Below, in pieces: positions 36,920-46,519 of a stretch of 64,000 nt of DNA. Origin of the DNA: Candidatus Moraniibacteriota bacterium (GTDB lineage Bacteria; Patescibacteriota; Minisyncoccia; Moranbacterales; GWC2-37-73). The notes under the pieces are model-generated. The model was not told the origin of the DNA, did no database searches, and worked only from the letters and a program-made list of their open reading frames with translations. Position 1 is the stretch's first letter, and every line of letters begins with the position of its first letter. The DNA lies in assembly GCA_003507445.1 (NCBI GenBank), contig DNVR01000004.1, positions 28,243 to 92,242 on the forward strand, read 5' to 3'. Both the position numbers and the translations under genes were made by a program.

Positions 36920-38061
36920 AAAAAATATTAATAGCGCTTTATTACTACCATCCATATGTTAGTGGGGTTTCTGTTTATGCAAAAAGACTAGCTGAGGGTC
37001 TTGCGGCTAATGGATTCGATGTAACTATACTAACAACTCAGTTTAAAAAAAGATTACCAGCTCAAGAAACAATAAACGGTGTAAATATTGTTCGATGTCC
37101 AGTTTTATTTAAATTAGGAAAAGGAGTTATATCTCCATTTTTTTTACTTAAAATAATCTCGTTTTCAAAAAATTATAACATAGTAAACATGCATCTGCCA
37201 TTAGCAGAATCTGGTATTGCATCATTATTTATTCCTAAACAAAAAATGATTACAACATACCATTGTGATATTAATTTAGGTAAAAAAATTATTTCCAAAT
37301 TTATTGAAAAACTTTCTTTTATTTCGATGCATATAGCATTGAAAAGATCACGAGCTATTATTACACAAAATATCGATTATTTTTTACACTCCAAAATGGC
37401 TACTTACACAGAAAAAGCAGTAGAAATAATACCTCCTATTTTCACAGAAGAATACACTAGGGATGATAATATTGAATTCTTAAAAAATAAGTTTGATTTA
37501 AAAAATGAATTTATTATTGGCTTTGTTGGCAGAATAGTTTATGAAAAAGGAATAAAATACCTCCTTGAGTCAATTGAGTATTTAATACCACATATATCAA
37601 AATTCAAGATTGTACTCGCAGGAGATTATAAAAATGTTGCAGGAGGAAGTGTTAAAAATGAACTTGATAGTTTCATAAAAAAATATCCTAACAAAGTTAT
37701 TTTTACTGGATTTCTTTCGGATGAGGAGATGATTCCATTCTATTCATTAATTAATGTCTTAGTTCTCCCAAGTATCGATCCCCTTGAAGCCTTTGGTATG
37801 GTGCAAGTTGAAGCAATGTCATGTGGAACGCCCGTTATCGCAAGTAATCTCCCTGGCGTTAATTCTATCATAAAAAAAACAGGTTTCGGATTTATTAGCG
37901 AACCCGGTAACCCTAAAGATATTGCAGAAAAAATTATAAAAGTATATAAAAAAGAATACACATCAATTGGGTTCAAAAAAGAAGAATGGGATGCAAAAAA
38001 TGTAATAAAAAAATATTCTACAATTTTTATTCAAGGTACCCTAAAAGAAAAAAATAAATAA
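36904..38061 (+). CDS. GT4-family glycosyltransferase
   Basis: 385 aa with PSIDPLEAFGMVQVEAMSCGTPVIASNLPG (E-x7-E). A 16-nt overlap with the upstream gene. Confidence 0.7.
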   Translation: MENDVKKILIALYYYHPYVSGVSVYAKRLAEGLAANGFDVTILTTQFKKRLPAQETINGVNIVRCPVLFKLGKGVISPFFLLKIISFSKNYNIVNMHLPLAESGIASLFIPKQKMITTYHCDINLGKKIISKFIEKLSFISMHIALKRSRAIITQNIDYFLHSKMATYTEKAVEIIPPIFTEEYTRDDNIEFLKNKFDLKNEFIIGFVGRIVYEKGIKYLLESIEYLIPHISKFKIVLAGDYKNVAGGSVKNELDSFIKKYPNKVIFTGFLSDEEMIPFYSLINVLVLPSIDPLEAFGMVQVEAMSCGTPVIASNLPGVNSIIKKTGFGFISEPGNPKDIAEKIIKVYKKEYTSIGFKKEEWDAKNVIKKYSTIFIQGTLKEKNK

Positions 38062-38086
38062 TCTATTTATAGTTATTAATAAAAAA

Positions 38087-38779
38087 ATGAATAACAAAAA
38101 ATACGACAGCGATTACTTCAAAAAAAATAGCCAGAGCGATGACCGACTTGCTCTTTATTTTTTTTCAGACATTTTAAAAAAATATTTTAAAAGTGGTAAA
38201 ATTCTTGAATATGGTTGTGGGACAGGATTTTTTATTAAAAAATTTACAGCTAAAAAATACGAAAAAAGTGCTTTTGATATCTCAGAATATGCCATGAATC
38301 AAACAAGAGAAAATAATTCTGATGTTTTAATATTAAAAGATCCATGGAAACAGACACTGGATAATTCATTAGATTGTATTGCTTCTTTACATGTTTTAGA
38401 ACATATTAGCAATCCAAGTGAAACTCTCAGTAATTTCAATACTAAATTAAAAAGCGGTGGCATACTTTTTTTTATTGTTCCAAATACAAGCTCTATGGGC
38501 AGGAAATTAAAAAGAAAAATATGGTTTGGATATAGGGATGAAACACATATTTCTCTTTTAAATCCAACTGAGTGGCGAAGAAAAACAACTGAAGCTAATT
38601 TTGAAATTATAAAAATTGGAACGGATGGACTTTGGGATATTCCTTATTTCAAAACAATACCAATATTTATTCAAAAGCTCATATTTTATCCTACGGCAGC
38701 AATACAGATATGGACAAAGAGTATTTTTCTGCCCCTGTTTTTAGGTGAAAATTTAATAATTATTGCTAAAAAATTATGA
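38087..38779 (+). CDS. class I SAM-dependent methyltransferase
   Basis: 230 aa. ILEYGCGTGFF is the GxGxG SAM motif I. Confidence 0.65.
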   Translation: MNNKKYDSDYFKKNSQSDDRLALYFFSDILKKYFKSGKILEYGCGTGFFIKKFTAKKYEKSAFDISEYAMNQTRENNSDVLILKDPWKQTLDNSLDCIASLHVLEHISNPSETLSNFNTKLKSGGILFFIVPNTSSMGRKLKRKIWFGYRDETHISLLNPTEWRRKTTEANFEIIKIGTDGLWDIPYFKTIPIFIQKLIFYPTAAIQIWTKSIFLPLFLGENLIIIAKKL

Positions 38780-39135
38780 ACACATTTCTGCTCTTTGCAA
38801 CTGGTATAATCCTTGGTTCTTTTGGCGGTGTTTTATTGAAAGCTGGATCAAAAAATATCCTCTTTTCTGGAACTATAACAAAAGAATTACTCCTAAGCTT
38901 ATTACTTAATTGGAAAATATTTCTTGGTCTTATTTGCTACTTTATACCAGCAATTATATGGATATTTCTCCTAAGAAAATATCCACTGAGTTTTGTACAA
39001 CCAATCCTGGCATTAACCTACGTTATAACACCAATTCTCGCAATTTTAATACTTAAAGAAGGAATACCACCAGCAAGATGGCTTGGAATAATTATAATTA
39101 TTATTGGTGTTTTTATTATATCAAAAACACAATAA
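38776..39135 (+). CDS. SMR/EamA-like 4-TM small membrane protein (ArnE/ArnF-like lipid-linked sugar flippase candidate)
   Basis: 119 aa with four TM helices. Motifs GGVLLKAGSK and FVQPILALTYVITPILAILILKE resemble ArnE/ArnF. A 4-nt ATGA overlap with the methyltransferase gene. Confidence 0.55.
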   Translation: MNTFLLFATGIILGSFGGVLLKAGSKNILFSGTITKELLLSLLLNWKIFLGLICYFIPAIIWIFLLRKYPLSFVQPILALTYVITPILAILILKEGIPPARWLGIIIIIIGVFIISKTQ

Positions 39136-39147
39136 AATGATCGACTA

Positions 39148-41148
39148 TTAACGATGTTTAAATAAAATCATTGAGTATTTACTATTAATAGAGTTTTCAC
39201 TTTCAAATACAATCTCATATTCTCCGCTCATATTTTCCAATAAAAATTTAGAATAAACAGAGTTCTTATAAACGAGTATGTTTTTTGGAGACATACTTTT
39301 TACTTTGTTTATCCACTCTCGCTGCTCTTCTATTGATAATGTACTAAGTTGAGCTGGACCACCTGGCCATCTATCATTTTTTGTTCCCGGAAGAAATTCC
39401 ACTACATTACTATATTTCCTATTCCATAATAATCCATGATAAGTGTTAACATTCCATACTAAAACATCATTTTTACCACTATTATCACGAATAAATTTAA
39501 TAATGTCTGGCATGGGATAACTATCATATCCCATTGTATTTTTTTCAAGTGCAAGAGATGACCTTGTCTTCCAAGATATCCCAGCACTGTCCAACGACCC
39601 TATCCATCCCAAACTTTTTTTCATATAAGAAAAAGGCACTAGCAACGTCATCATACATACCAACATGATAAAAAATCTAATTTTTTTTATATTTGAACCG
39701 ACTACAAATTGTTGAAAAAACGCCACGGCTATAATTATAGCAAGAGCAAACATTGGAATACCATATCGTGGCAAGAAGAAACCTGGGATGAGAAAGGAAG
39801 CAAAAAAAGCTACCGACAATATTTTAAACCATTTTTTTTTAGTAAAAAAAACATACACTGAATAAAAAAATGCAAAGAAAACAGCTACCACAATAAACAC
39901 CAGCCCTGTAGAACCAAATGAATCAGCATTTAAAGGATTAAGTATGTCAATCCAGGAAGCATAATATCTTTGAAAATATCCCATTTTAGAAACGACTCCC
40001 ATGGTACTATTTCCACCAATTCCAAAATCTCCTGAATCAACAATTCCATTAAAAAAATTAACATTAAATATCTTCAACCCTAGTGGATATATAGGATTAT
40101 CATATAAAAACCAATTTTTTATATACTGCAAATTAGCTAAAAATACGATTAGAAGGAAAAGAAAACCTTTTTTTGTATATATAATTGTTATTATTTTCCT
40201 TAAAAAATTATTGCGATTATTAACATAAATAAGCTTTGCAAAAAATAAAACGCCTAGATATAAAAACACCGTAATGGGAATTTTTATTATTGATGCCAAA
40301 GCTATTGCCAAAGCTACAAATATTAAATTTCTCTGAATATTTTCTTTTTTAAGAGGGGTTAAAAAAGCAATCATAGCTATAATTGAAGCAGCATAGTCAA
40401 TGTCAATATATCCTGTAGTTGAAAGTAAAAAAAAGATAGGCATTGAAATAAATATGCCAATTGCATACAAAGACCAAGCCTGAGAGATACCACTTCTCCT
40501 TGCTAATACGTATATTGCAGTTAATAACTGTAGACCAAATATAAACTGAACTCCATTAAATAACAGGTCTGAATTTGTAAGCTGCAATGTCCAATACCAT
40601 ATTATTTCCGCACCTTTTGGATAAAGATAAGTCCAAGGTAAATCACTATCAATTTTACCCAAAACACCATCTTGATATGGTTGGACTGCCATAGGAATAT
40701 GATACGAAAGAACATCAGAACCACCATTTGGATTTAAAAAAATTGCAAATAAAAAATAGCATACTAACACAAGCGCCATAAGCAACACAAAAATCCTTGT
40801 TACTAAATCCATTTTTTTAAATATTATAACGACTGCTTTACTGACTTCAAAAAAGGATTCTCTCCATGCAACCACCTTATTTTTTATTGGTGAAGCAAAA
40901 ACAAAAAGACTAACCGCAACGACATGAAAAAGCCATAGATAATGTAATGGTTTTATAATTGGAAATTGAGACAAAATAAATACTTCTGATATTATAAAAA
41001 GAAAACTAAACAAAAATGCTGCTAAAAATCTTTCCGATAATAAAAATTCCCTATTTTTTCCCATAACAACAACGACATTCCAAAAAACAACAAACGCGGA
41101 TGCAAGTGTCAAGAAAAATAAAACGATATTTATAAATTCTATGGTCAT
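39148..41148 (-). CDS. large GT-C-fold polytopic membrane glycosyltransferase candidate with C-terminal soluble domain
   Basis: 666 aa. The first 500 aa are multi-TM and the C-terminal 160 aa are soluble. It converges on the prs-ubiA-HAD-GT4-MTase-SMR operon. Confidence 0.45.
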   Translation of the reverse strand: MTIEFINIVLFFLTLASAFVVFWNVVVVMGKNREFLLSERFLAAFLFSFLFIISEVFILSQFPIIKPLHYLWLFHVVAVSLFVFASPIKNKVVAWRESFFEVSKAVVIIFKKMDLVTRIFVLLMALVLVCYFLFAIFLNPNGGSDVLSYHIPMAVQPYQDGVLGKIDSDLPWTYLYPKGAEIIWYWTLQLTNSDLLFNGVQFIFGLQLLTAIYVLARRSGISQAWSLYAIGIFISMPIFFLLSTTGYIDIDYAASIIAMIAFLTPLKKENIQRNLIFVALAIALASIIKIPITVFLYLGVLFFAKLIYVNNRNNFLRKIITIIYTKKGFLFLLIVFLANLQYIKNWFLYDNPIYPLGLKIFNVNFFNGIVDSGDFGIGGNSTMGVVSKMGYFQRYYASWIDILNPLNADSFGSTGLVFIVVAVFFAFFYSVYVFFTKKKWFKILSVAFFASFLIPGFFLPRYGIPMFALAIIIAVAFFQQFVVGSNIKKIRFFIMLVCMMTLLVPFSYMKKSLGWIGSLDSAGISWKTRSSLALEKNTMGYDSYPMPDIIKFIRDNSGKNDVLVWNVNTYHGLLWNRKYSNVVEFLPGTKNDRWPGGPAQLSTLSIEEQREWINKVKSMSPKNILVYKNSVYSKFLLENMSGEYEIVFESENSINSKYSMILFKHR

Positions 41149-41169
41149 TTTATTATTAATTATAATTTA

Positions 41170-42579
41170 TTATTTTTTCAATGATGGAAATATTTTAATA
41201 AAACGACTTCTTAATTCATCTTGATTTGCATTTGATTCTAGCAATATTTTCAAGTCAGCGACCACCTCATTTATATCCATCGGACATTCTTCATGATTTT
41301 TTAGTTGAAAAACATTATCAATTTCAGTTTTAACTAAGTTTCCCATTTCTTTTTCTGTAAATAGCTCCTCGATCATTTTTTCACCATCCTTAAGACCTAT
41401 AATATTAATTTCAACATCCTCATCTGGAATTAAATTCTTTGTTCTGATTAAACAAAGTGCTGCTTCATATATATTAATTAATTCTCCCATATCAAGGATG
41501 TAAATTTCACCATGATTATCACGTGCAATACTAGTTACAACAAGTTGTGCAGCTTCACGAATTGACATAAAAAAACGTCGTACATCTTTATGAGTCACTG
41601 TTATTAATCGATTCTCTCTAATCTGGCGTTCAAACAAAGGCAATACTGAGCCATTTGAATTAATGACATTTCCAAAGCGTACAATATTAAATTTTGTCTT
41701 TGAATCTCCAATACATTTAATGTAATATTCTGCTAACTTCTTTGTTGATCCCATAATGCTGGTTGGATTAACAACTTTGTCAGTTGAAATAAAAATAAAA
41801 TTCTTTATCTCATTTTCAATTGCAGCATCAACCACATTTTTTGTGCCTATCACATTGTTCATTATGGCTTCATCAATATTATCCTCCATCAAATATACAT
41901 GTTTATACGCTGCTGCATGAAAAATAAAATCTGGCTGTTCTTCTTTGATAATGCTACTCATTTTCTCACGATTTAAAATACTGCCAATCACGAGTCTATA
42001 TTTCTCTTTCGGAATATTTTTTTCTTTTAAATTTTGATCGATATTAAAAATAAGATATTCCGAATTATCATAAACAACAACTTTTTTGACACCAAGGTCA
42101 ATAAGTTGTCGAACAATTTCACTTCCAATTGAACCAGCTCCTCCAGTTATAAAAACTATTTTATTATTATAAAATTCTTTAAGCTTTTCAACATTTTGTT
42201 TCAAAAATGGCCTTCCAAGAAAATCTTCTAGAGCGAAATCTTTCACGTCAGCATACTTAACATCATTTTGCCCTATGACATGTTGTGAGCGTGGAACCAA
42301 TCTAATTTTAGTCCTGTTCTTAAGACTATTTAAGAGAATTTTCCTCATCAATTCTCCATCAGCTGAAGGAATTGCAATAATTATCTCATCAATTTTGTAG
42401 ATTTTACTTATTTTTGATAATTCCTCTATTTTTCCAATAACATTCAAACCAATCTCCACTAACTCTTGATCATCAACAAAGCCAATAATCTTAGCATCAT
42501 TAACATTTTTTTCTATATCTTCTTTTAACAACTTGCCGGCTATCCCAGCACCCACAATAAGAATATTTCTATAGTCCAT
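41170..42579 (-). CDS. UDP-N-acetylhexosamine 4,6-dehydratase, CapD/PglF/WbpM-like (soluble form)
   Basis: 469 aa. An N-terminal Rossmann-like linker domain (ILIVGAGIAG) is followed by the SDR catalytic domain IVFITGGAGSIGSEI with HAAAYKHV (YxxxK). Confidence 0.75.
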   Translation of the reverse strand: MDYRNILIVGAGIAGKLLKEDIEKNVNDAKIIGFVDDQELVEIGLNVIGKIEELSKISKIYKIDEIIIAIPSADGELMRKILLNSLKNRTKIRLVPRSQHVIGQNDVKYADVKDFALEDFLGRPFLKQNVEKLKEFYNNKIVFITGGAGSIGSEIVRQLIDLGVKKVVVYDNSEYLIFNIDQNLKEKNIPKEKYRLVIGSILNREKMSSIIKEEQPDFIFHAAAYKHVYLMEDNIDEAIMNNVIGTKNVVDAAIENEIKNFIFISTDKVVNPTSIMGSTKKLAEYYIKCIGDSKTKFNIVRFGNVINSNGSVLPLFERQIRENRLITVTHKDVRRFFMSIREAAQLVVTSIARDNHGEIYILDMGELINIYEAALCLIRTKNLIPDEDVEINIIGLKDGEKMIEELFTEKEMGNLVKTEIDNVFQLKNHEECPMDINEVVADLKILLESNANQDELRSRFIKIFPSLKK

Positions 42580-42584
42580 ATAAG

Positions 42585-43433
42585 TTATATATTTAAATAT
42601 TTTTTAATTACATCCGAATTTTTTTCATAAAAAAATGCAGTCTTTTTTAAGCCCTCTTCCATAGAAATCAGTTTAACTTTTTCAAGCAAAACATTATTTC
42701 CCAATGGGCATAGATTATTTTCCGTATTTTTCTTATCAATAATTTCAATCTCTTTTATAAAAACTTTTTTCTTACAAATTTCAAGCAAATCACCAATTGA
42801 AATAAGTTTTCCAGTTGCCAAATCTGTTTTACCATAAAAATCATTTTCAATAACCGAGCGCACAAACTTTGCCATATCTTCTGCGTATATAAAATCTCTT
42901 TTAGCACTCATATCATTTATTTCAATTGGTATATTATTTTGGTAATTAAACAAAATATTTGCAATTAGACTTCCTTGTTTATATGGAATCTGAAATTTTC
43001 CATAAATGTTAAATAATCTTAAAATCGTTAGATTGATATTATTTTTTTCACAATAATCCTCATAAAACTTTTCTAATATAATTTTTCTTTTAGCATACGG
43101 TGATTCTGAATTTGCATAAATGACCGCGGAAGAAAATAGGATGAGATGACTGTTTTTTAAAAATCCAATATTTTCAATTAGTTTTAATTCTTCTTTCTCA
43201 AATTCATCATCTAAAACTTGATTATCGATGAGATGAACATAGGCATCAAATTTTTTAAGATTTTTATCTTTATATGCATTTCCCTCAATAAAAACATCTT
43301 TTCTACCTGAACCGAAGACGGATTCTTCTATGCCTAAAGAATAGCAAGAAAAAACATCAGATAATTCAGCTGCGATATTTCTACCAATGAAACCCTCCCC
43401 ACCCAGGATTAAAATTTTCTTTTTATTATTCAT
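42585..43433 (-). CDS. NAD(P)-dependent epimerase/reductase, SDR family (short)
   Basis: 282 aa with ILILGGEGFIGRNI (Rossmann) and SPYAKRK (YxxxK). Confidence 0.55.
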   Translation of the reverse strand: MNNKKKILILGGEGFIGRNIAAELSDVFSCYSLGIEESVFGSGRKDVFIEGNAYKDKNLKKFDAYVHLIDNQVLDDEFEKEELKLIENIGFLKNSHLILFSSAVIYANSESPYAKRKIILEKFYEDYCEKNNINLTILRLFNIYGKFQIPYKQGSLIANILFNYQNNIPIEINDMSAKRDFIYAEDMAKFVRSVIENDFYGKTDLATGKLISIGDLLEICKKKVFIKEIEIIDKKNTENNLCPLGNNVLLEKVKLISMEEGLKKTAFFYEKNSDVIKKYLNI

Positions 43434-46400
43434 TTATATTTTCATACAAATTTTTATATTTATCAGCAAGAATTTCAATAGAGAAGTTTTCCTCCACTGA
43501 TTTTCTGGCATTTTTAGAAATTTTCTCTAAAATTTCCTTTTGTGATAAAACATACTCAATTTTTTCAACAAGTTCACTTGGGGAATTAGGTTGCATTAAA
43601 AATCCAGTCTCTGCATCTTTTATTGCATCACTAACACCACCAACATCAGAAGCAATAACACAAACACCCATAGCCATAGCCTCCACATTTGAAAGAGGAA
43701 AACCTTCAGCTTTAGATGGTAACACAAAAATATCGGCGGTGCTCAAATAACAAGGTATATCAGCTTGATAACCCAAATAACTTAGGTTTTTGTCTCCAAA
43801 TTCATTAATTGTTTTTTCAATTTCCATTCGCATTGGGCCATCTCCAATGACAAAGAATTTTATATTAACACCATTGTCCAAGACTTTCTTTGCAGCTTCA
43901 ACAAAAATATCTGGATTTTTTTCTGGCGAAAGCCTGCCCATAAAATATACAGCTATGTCATCCTTATTGATGTTTAGTTTTTCACGCTCAGCTAATCGAT
44001 CATACAAAACTGGATTGAATTTCCCATTACAATCAATGCCATTATAAATAACTATTTTTTCCTTACTACTTATTGCTGATTGTTCATCATAAGCCTTCAA
44101 GACTTTCGTATTATCAGTTGTATATATATCAATAAAATCAGCATATTTAATTGAATTATTAAAGTGATCAGCAACAACGTTAAATACCGTACTTATAACT
44201 TTCAATCTTGGAAATCTCTTTCTCAGATCTGGAAGCATTTCATAAAAACTGCTGTTATGAACAATATGGAGCACATCGATTTTCCTGCTTTCAATATAAT
44301 TAGCAACAAAGTTAAAATATTCTTCTTCTCTTAGAAATAAATTTGGCAAATGATAAATATTATTAGTAACTTCTTTGAATTTATATTCCCATTCATTTTC
44401 ACTTTTAAGTCCAGTTATGATTGAGATATTGAAATCATTTTTTATTTTTGAACAATAGTTATATACAAGAGTTTCAGCCCCACCAAAAGTAAGCCAGGGC
44501 ATCAAAATAAGAACGTTTTTCTTTTCTTTTTTCCCTTGAAGATACTCCTTTGAATTTTTAAGATTAACAAACTGACTATTATCCTCGAAAATATTTCTCT
44601 GCATAATCCAATTTTCCTTAAGCTCTTTAATCCTCTTTAAGTATCTAGGATGTAATTTTTTTATTTTTTCAATATTTTCATCTCTTTTTTTCTTATCATC
44701 AATATAGCGAGATTCTACAGCTCTACGATAATTGAATACTGGCTCAGGGAAAAGTCTTGCTTTCGATCCATTTTCCACAAGATTAATCCAAAACTCCCAA
44801 TCTTCAAAACCAATACCGCGCTTGTACCCACCACTCTTCTCCCATACACTTTTCCTGAATACAGAGGCAGTTGTTATGATATTTGAAGAATACAAAAGCT
44901 GTGGATCAAATTCTGGCTCTTCGAAAATTCTTTCTTCAATGCCAAAAAAATTCATGTGTGAATATACAATATCAATATCAGGATTAGATTCCAACACAAC
45001 AAGCATTTTTTCCAAATAAGTAGGAGCGATAATATCATCAGAATCTAAGCATAGGATGTATTTTCCTTTTGCCTTAATGATTCCATTGTTTCTGCCCGCA
45101 GCCACACCCTGATTTTCCTGCGTAATCTTAATAATTTTTGGATGATTTATTTTTTCAAATACAATATTACTCTCAGCATCGGTTGAACCATCATTAACAA
45201 TGATGTATTCAAAGTTTTGAAACGTTTGGCCAAGCACACTCTCCACTGTTTCACCAAGGGTTTTTCCATGATTAAAAAATGGTGTAACAACTGAAATAAG
45301 TATCCCTTCCCATTTTTCATTTTTTACTTTTTTAGCCAAAACGCGATATCTTCTTGGTAAATATGGTCTAATAACTGAACGAATTTCCTCGCTTAAATAT
45401 TTTTTTGCTAAACAAACAATGCGTCCCTCTATTTTATTTCTTAATGATCTAAAACTATACACCACATTCCTTAGTATATATCTCAATTTAATTGCTGGTG
45501 TTACAACTCTTGAATGATACAGGTCATGAAGCTCATCTGACTGTTTCTGTATAATGAGTTCATTTTTTTGAATAACAATATCTTTTTTAACAATATCTTT
45601 TTTAAATTCATTATTGTCAATTAAACATTCGCTCAAAATTTCCGACATATTATTTGGAAATTTTAACAATATTTCATTTATCATCCCTGATTTTTCTTTT
45701 TTGTCTATTTCAATAATAACATTTAACAGATAATTCACGTGATAAGAAATTATCTGCCTATATTCCAAGTTTTTTCCAAAAAGTTTCAACAACTCAAAAT
45801 ACATAGCAATGAAAGAAACACCGTGTTTTTTAAACAACCCCTCTTTATTGCCATGAGAATCCCACCATATTCCGCCAGAATGTCTTCTATAAGCAGACAT
45901 AGTCTTATCTATAAATCCAATTTTTCCAAATTTTGCATGATAGAGATGTAAGTACCAGTCACCAGGAACAATATTGATTTTTGGTAAATCTTTATAATTC
46001 TGCCTTCGATACATCACCGACATCGTTGGTATAAAATTATTTTTTAACAAAGACAATGTTGTTAATTCTGGAAGATCAACGGCTCTTGGGTATATAGATT
46101 TCGCACCTTCTTTATTTTCAAAAAAAATCTTTACCGAATGAAAGCACACGGCATAATCCAGATTTTTATCCAAAAAATCAACTTGCAATTGCAATTTATT
46201 TTCATCAATAAAAAAATCATCCCCATCGCAAATTACTATGTATTTCCCATTAGCACAACGGAGCGTATCAAAAAAGTTTTCCGTTGTTCCAATATTTTTT
46301 TCTCTAAATATTGGCTTAATTACATTTGGATATTTTTTTTCAAATTCTTTTATAATTTCTCTTGTTTTATCAGTAGAACAATCTTCACCAATAATTATTT

Positions 46401-46509
46401 CGAAATCAAAATTTGCTTTTTGCATTATAAAACTTTCCAGTGTTTGCTGGATAAATTTTTCATGATTATACGCCACACAAACTATGGAAACTATTGGCTT
46501 ATTACTCAT
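43426..46509 (-). CDS. tri-domain GT2-GT2-GT4 fusion glycosyltransferase
   Basis: 1027 aa. Domain 1 has IVSIVCVAYNHEKF...IIGEDCSTD...CDGDD. Domain 2 has ISVVTPFFNHGKT...IIVNDGSTD...LDSDD. Domain 3 has NVLILMPWLTFGGAE ... KAEGFPLSNVEAMAMGVCVIASDVGG (GT4). Confidence 0.7.
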   Translation of the reverse strand: MSNKPIVSIVCVAYNHEKFIQQTLESFIMQKANFDFEIIIGEDCSTDKTREIIKEFEKKYPNVIKPIFREKNIGTTENFFDTLRCANGKYIVICDGDDFFIDENKLQLQVDFLDKNLDYAVCFHSVKIFFENKEGAKSIYPRAVDLPELTTLSLLKNNFIPTMSVMYRRQNYKDLPKINIVPGDWYLHLYHAKFGKIGFIDKTMSAYRRHSGGIWWDSHGNKEGLFKKHGVSFIAMYFELLKLFGKNLEYRQIISYHVNYLLNVIIEIDKKEKSGMINEILLKFPNNMSEILSECLIDNNEFKKDIVKKDIVIQKNELIIQKQSDELHDLYHSRVVTPAIKLRYILRNVVYSFRSLRNKIEGRIVCLAKKYLSEEIRSVIRPYLPRRYRVLAKKVKNEKWEGILISVVTPFFNHGKTLGETVESVLGQTFQNFEYIIVNDGSTDAESNIVFEKINHPKIIKITQENQGVAAGRNNGIIKAKGKYILCLDSDDIIAPTYLEKMLVVLESNPDIDIVYSHMNFFGIEERIFEEPEFDPQLLYSSNIITTASVFRKSVWEKSGGYKRGIGFEDWEFWINLVENGSKARLFPEPVFNYRRAVESRYIDDKKKRDENIEKIKKLHPRYLKRIKELKENWIMQRNIFEDNSQFVNLKNSKEYLQGKKEKKNVLILMPWLTFGGAETLVYNYCSKIKNDFNISIITGLKSENEWEYKFKEVTNNIYHLPNLFLREEEYFNFVANYIESRKIDVLHIVHNSSFYEMLPDLRKRFPRLKVISTVFNVVADHFNNSIKYADFIDIYTTDNTKVLKAYDEQSAISSKEKIVIYNGIDCNGKFNPVLYDRLAEREKLNINKDDIAVYFMGRLSPEKNPDIFVEAAKKVLDNGVNIKFFVIGDGPMRMEIEKTINEFGDKNLSYLGYQADIPCYLSTADIFVLPSKAEGFPLSNVEAMAMGVCVIASDVGGVSDAIKDAETGFLMQPNSPSELVEKIEYVLSQKEILEKISKNARKSVEENFSIEILADKYKNLYENINE

Positions 46510-46519
46510 ATTTTTTTAA

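Noticed and set aside
42585-43433. Assigning the short SDR as DprE2, the second half of the DPR to DPA epimerase.
   Set aside because: Only generic SDR motifs (Rossmann, YxxxK) are visible and no DprE1-like FAD oxidoreductase partner is present. I kept the generic epimerase/reductase call.
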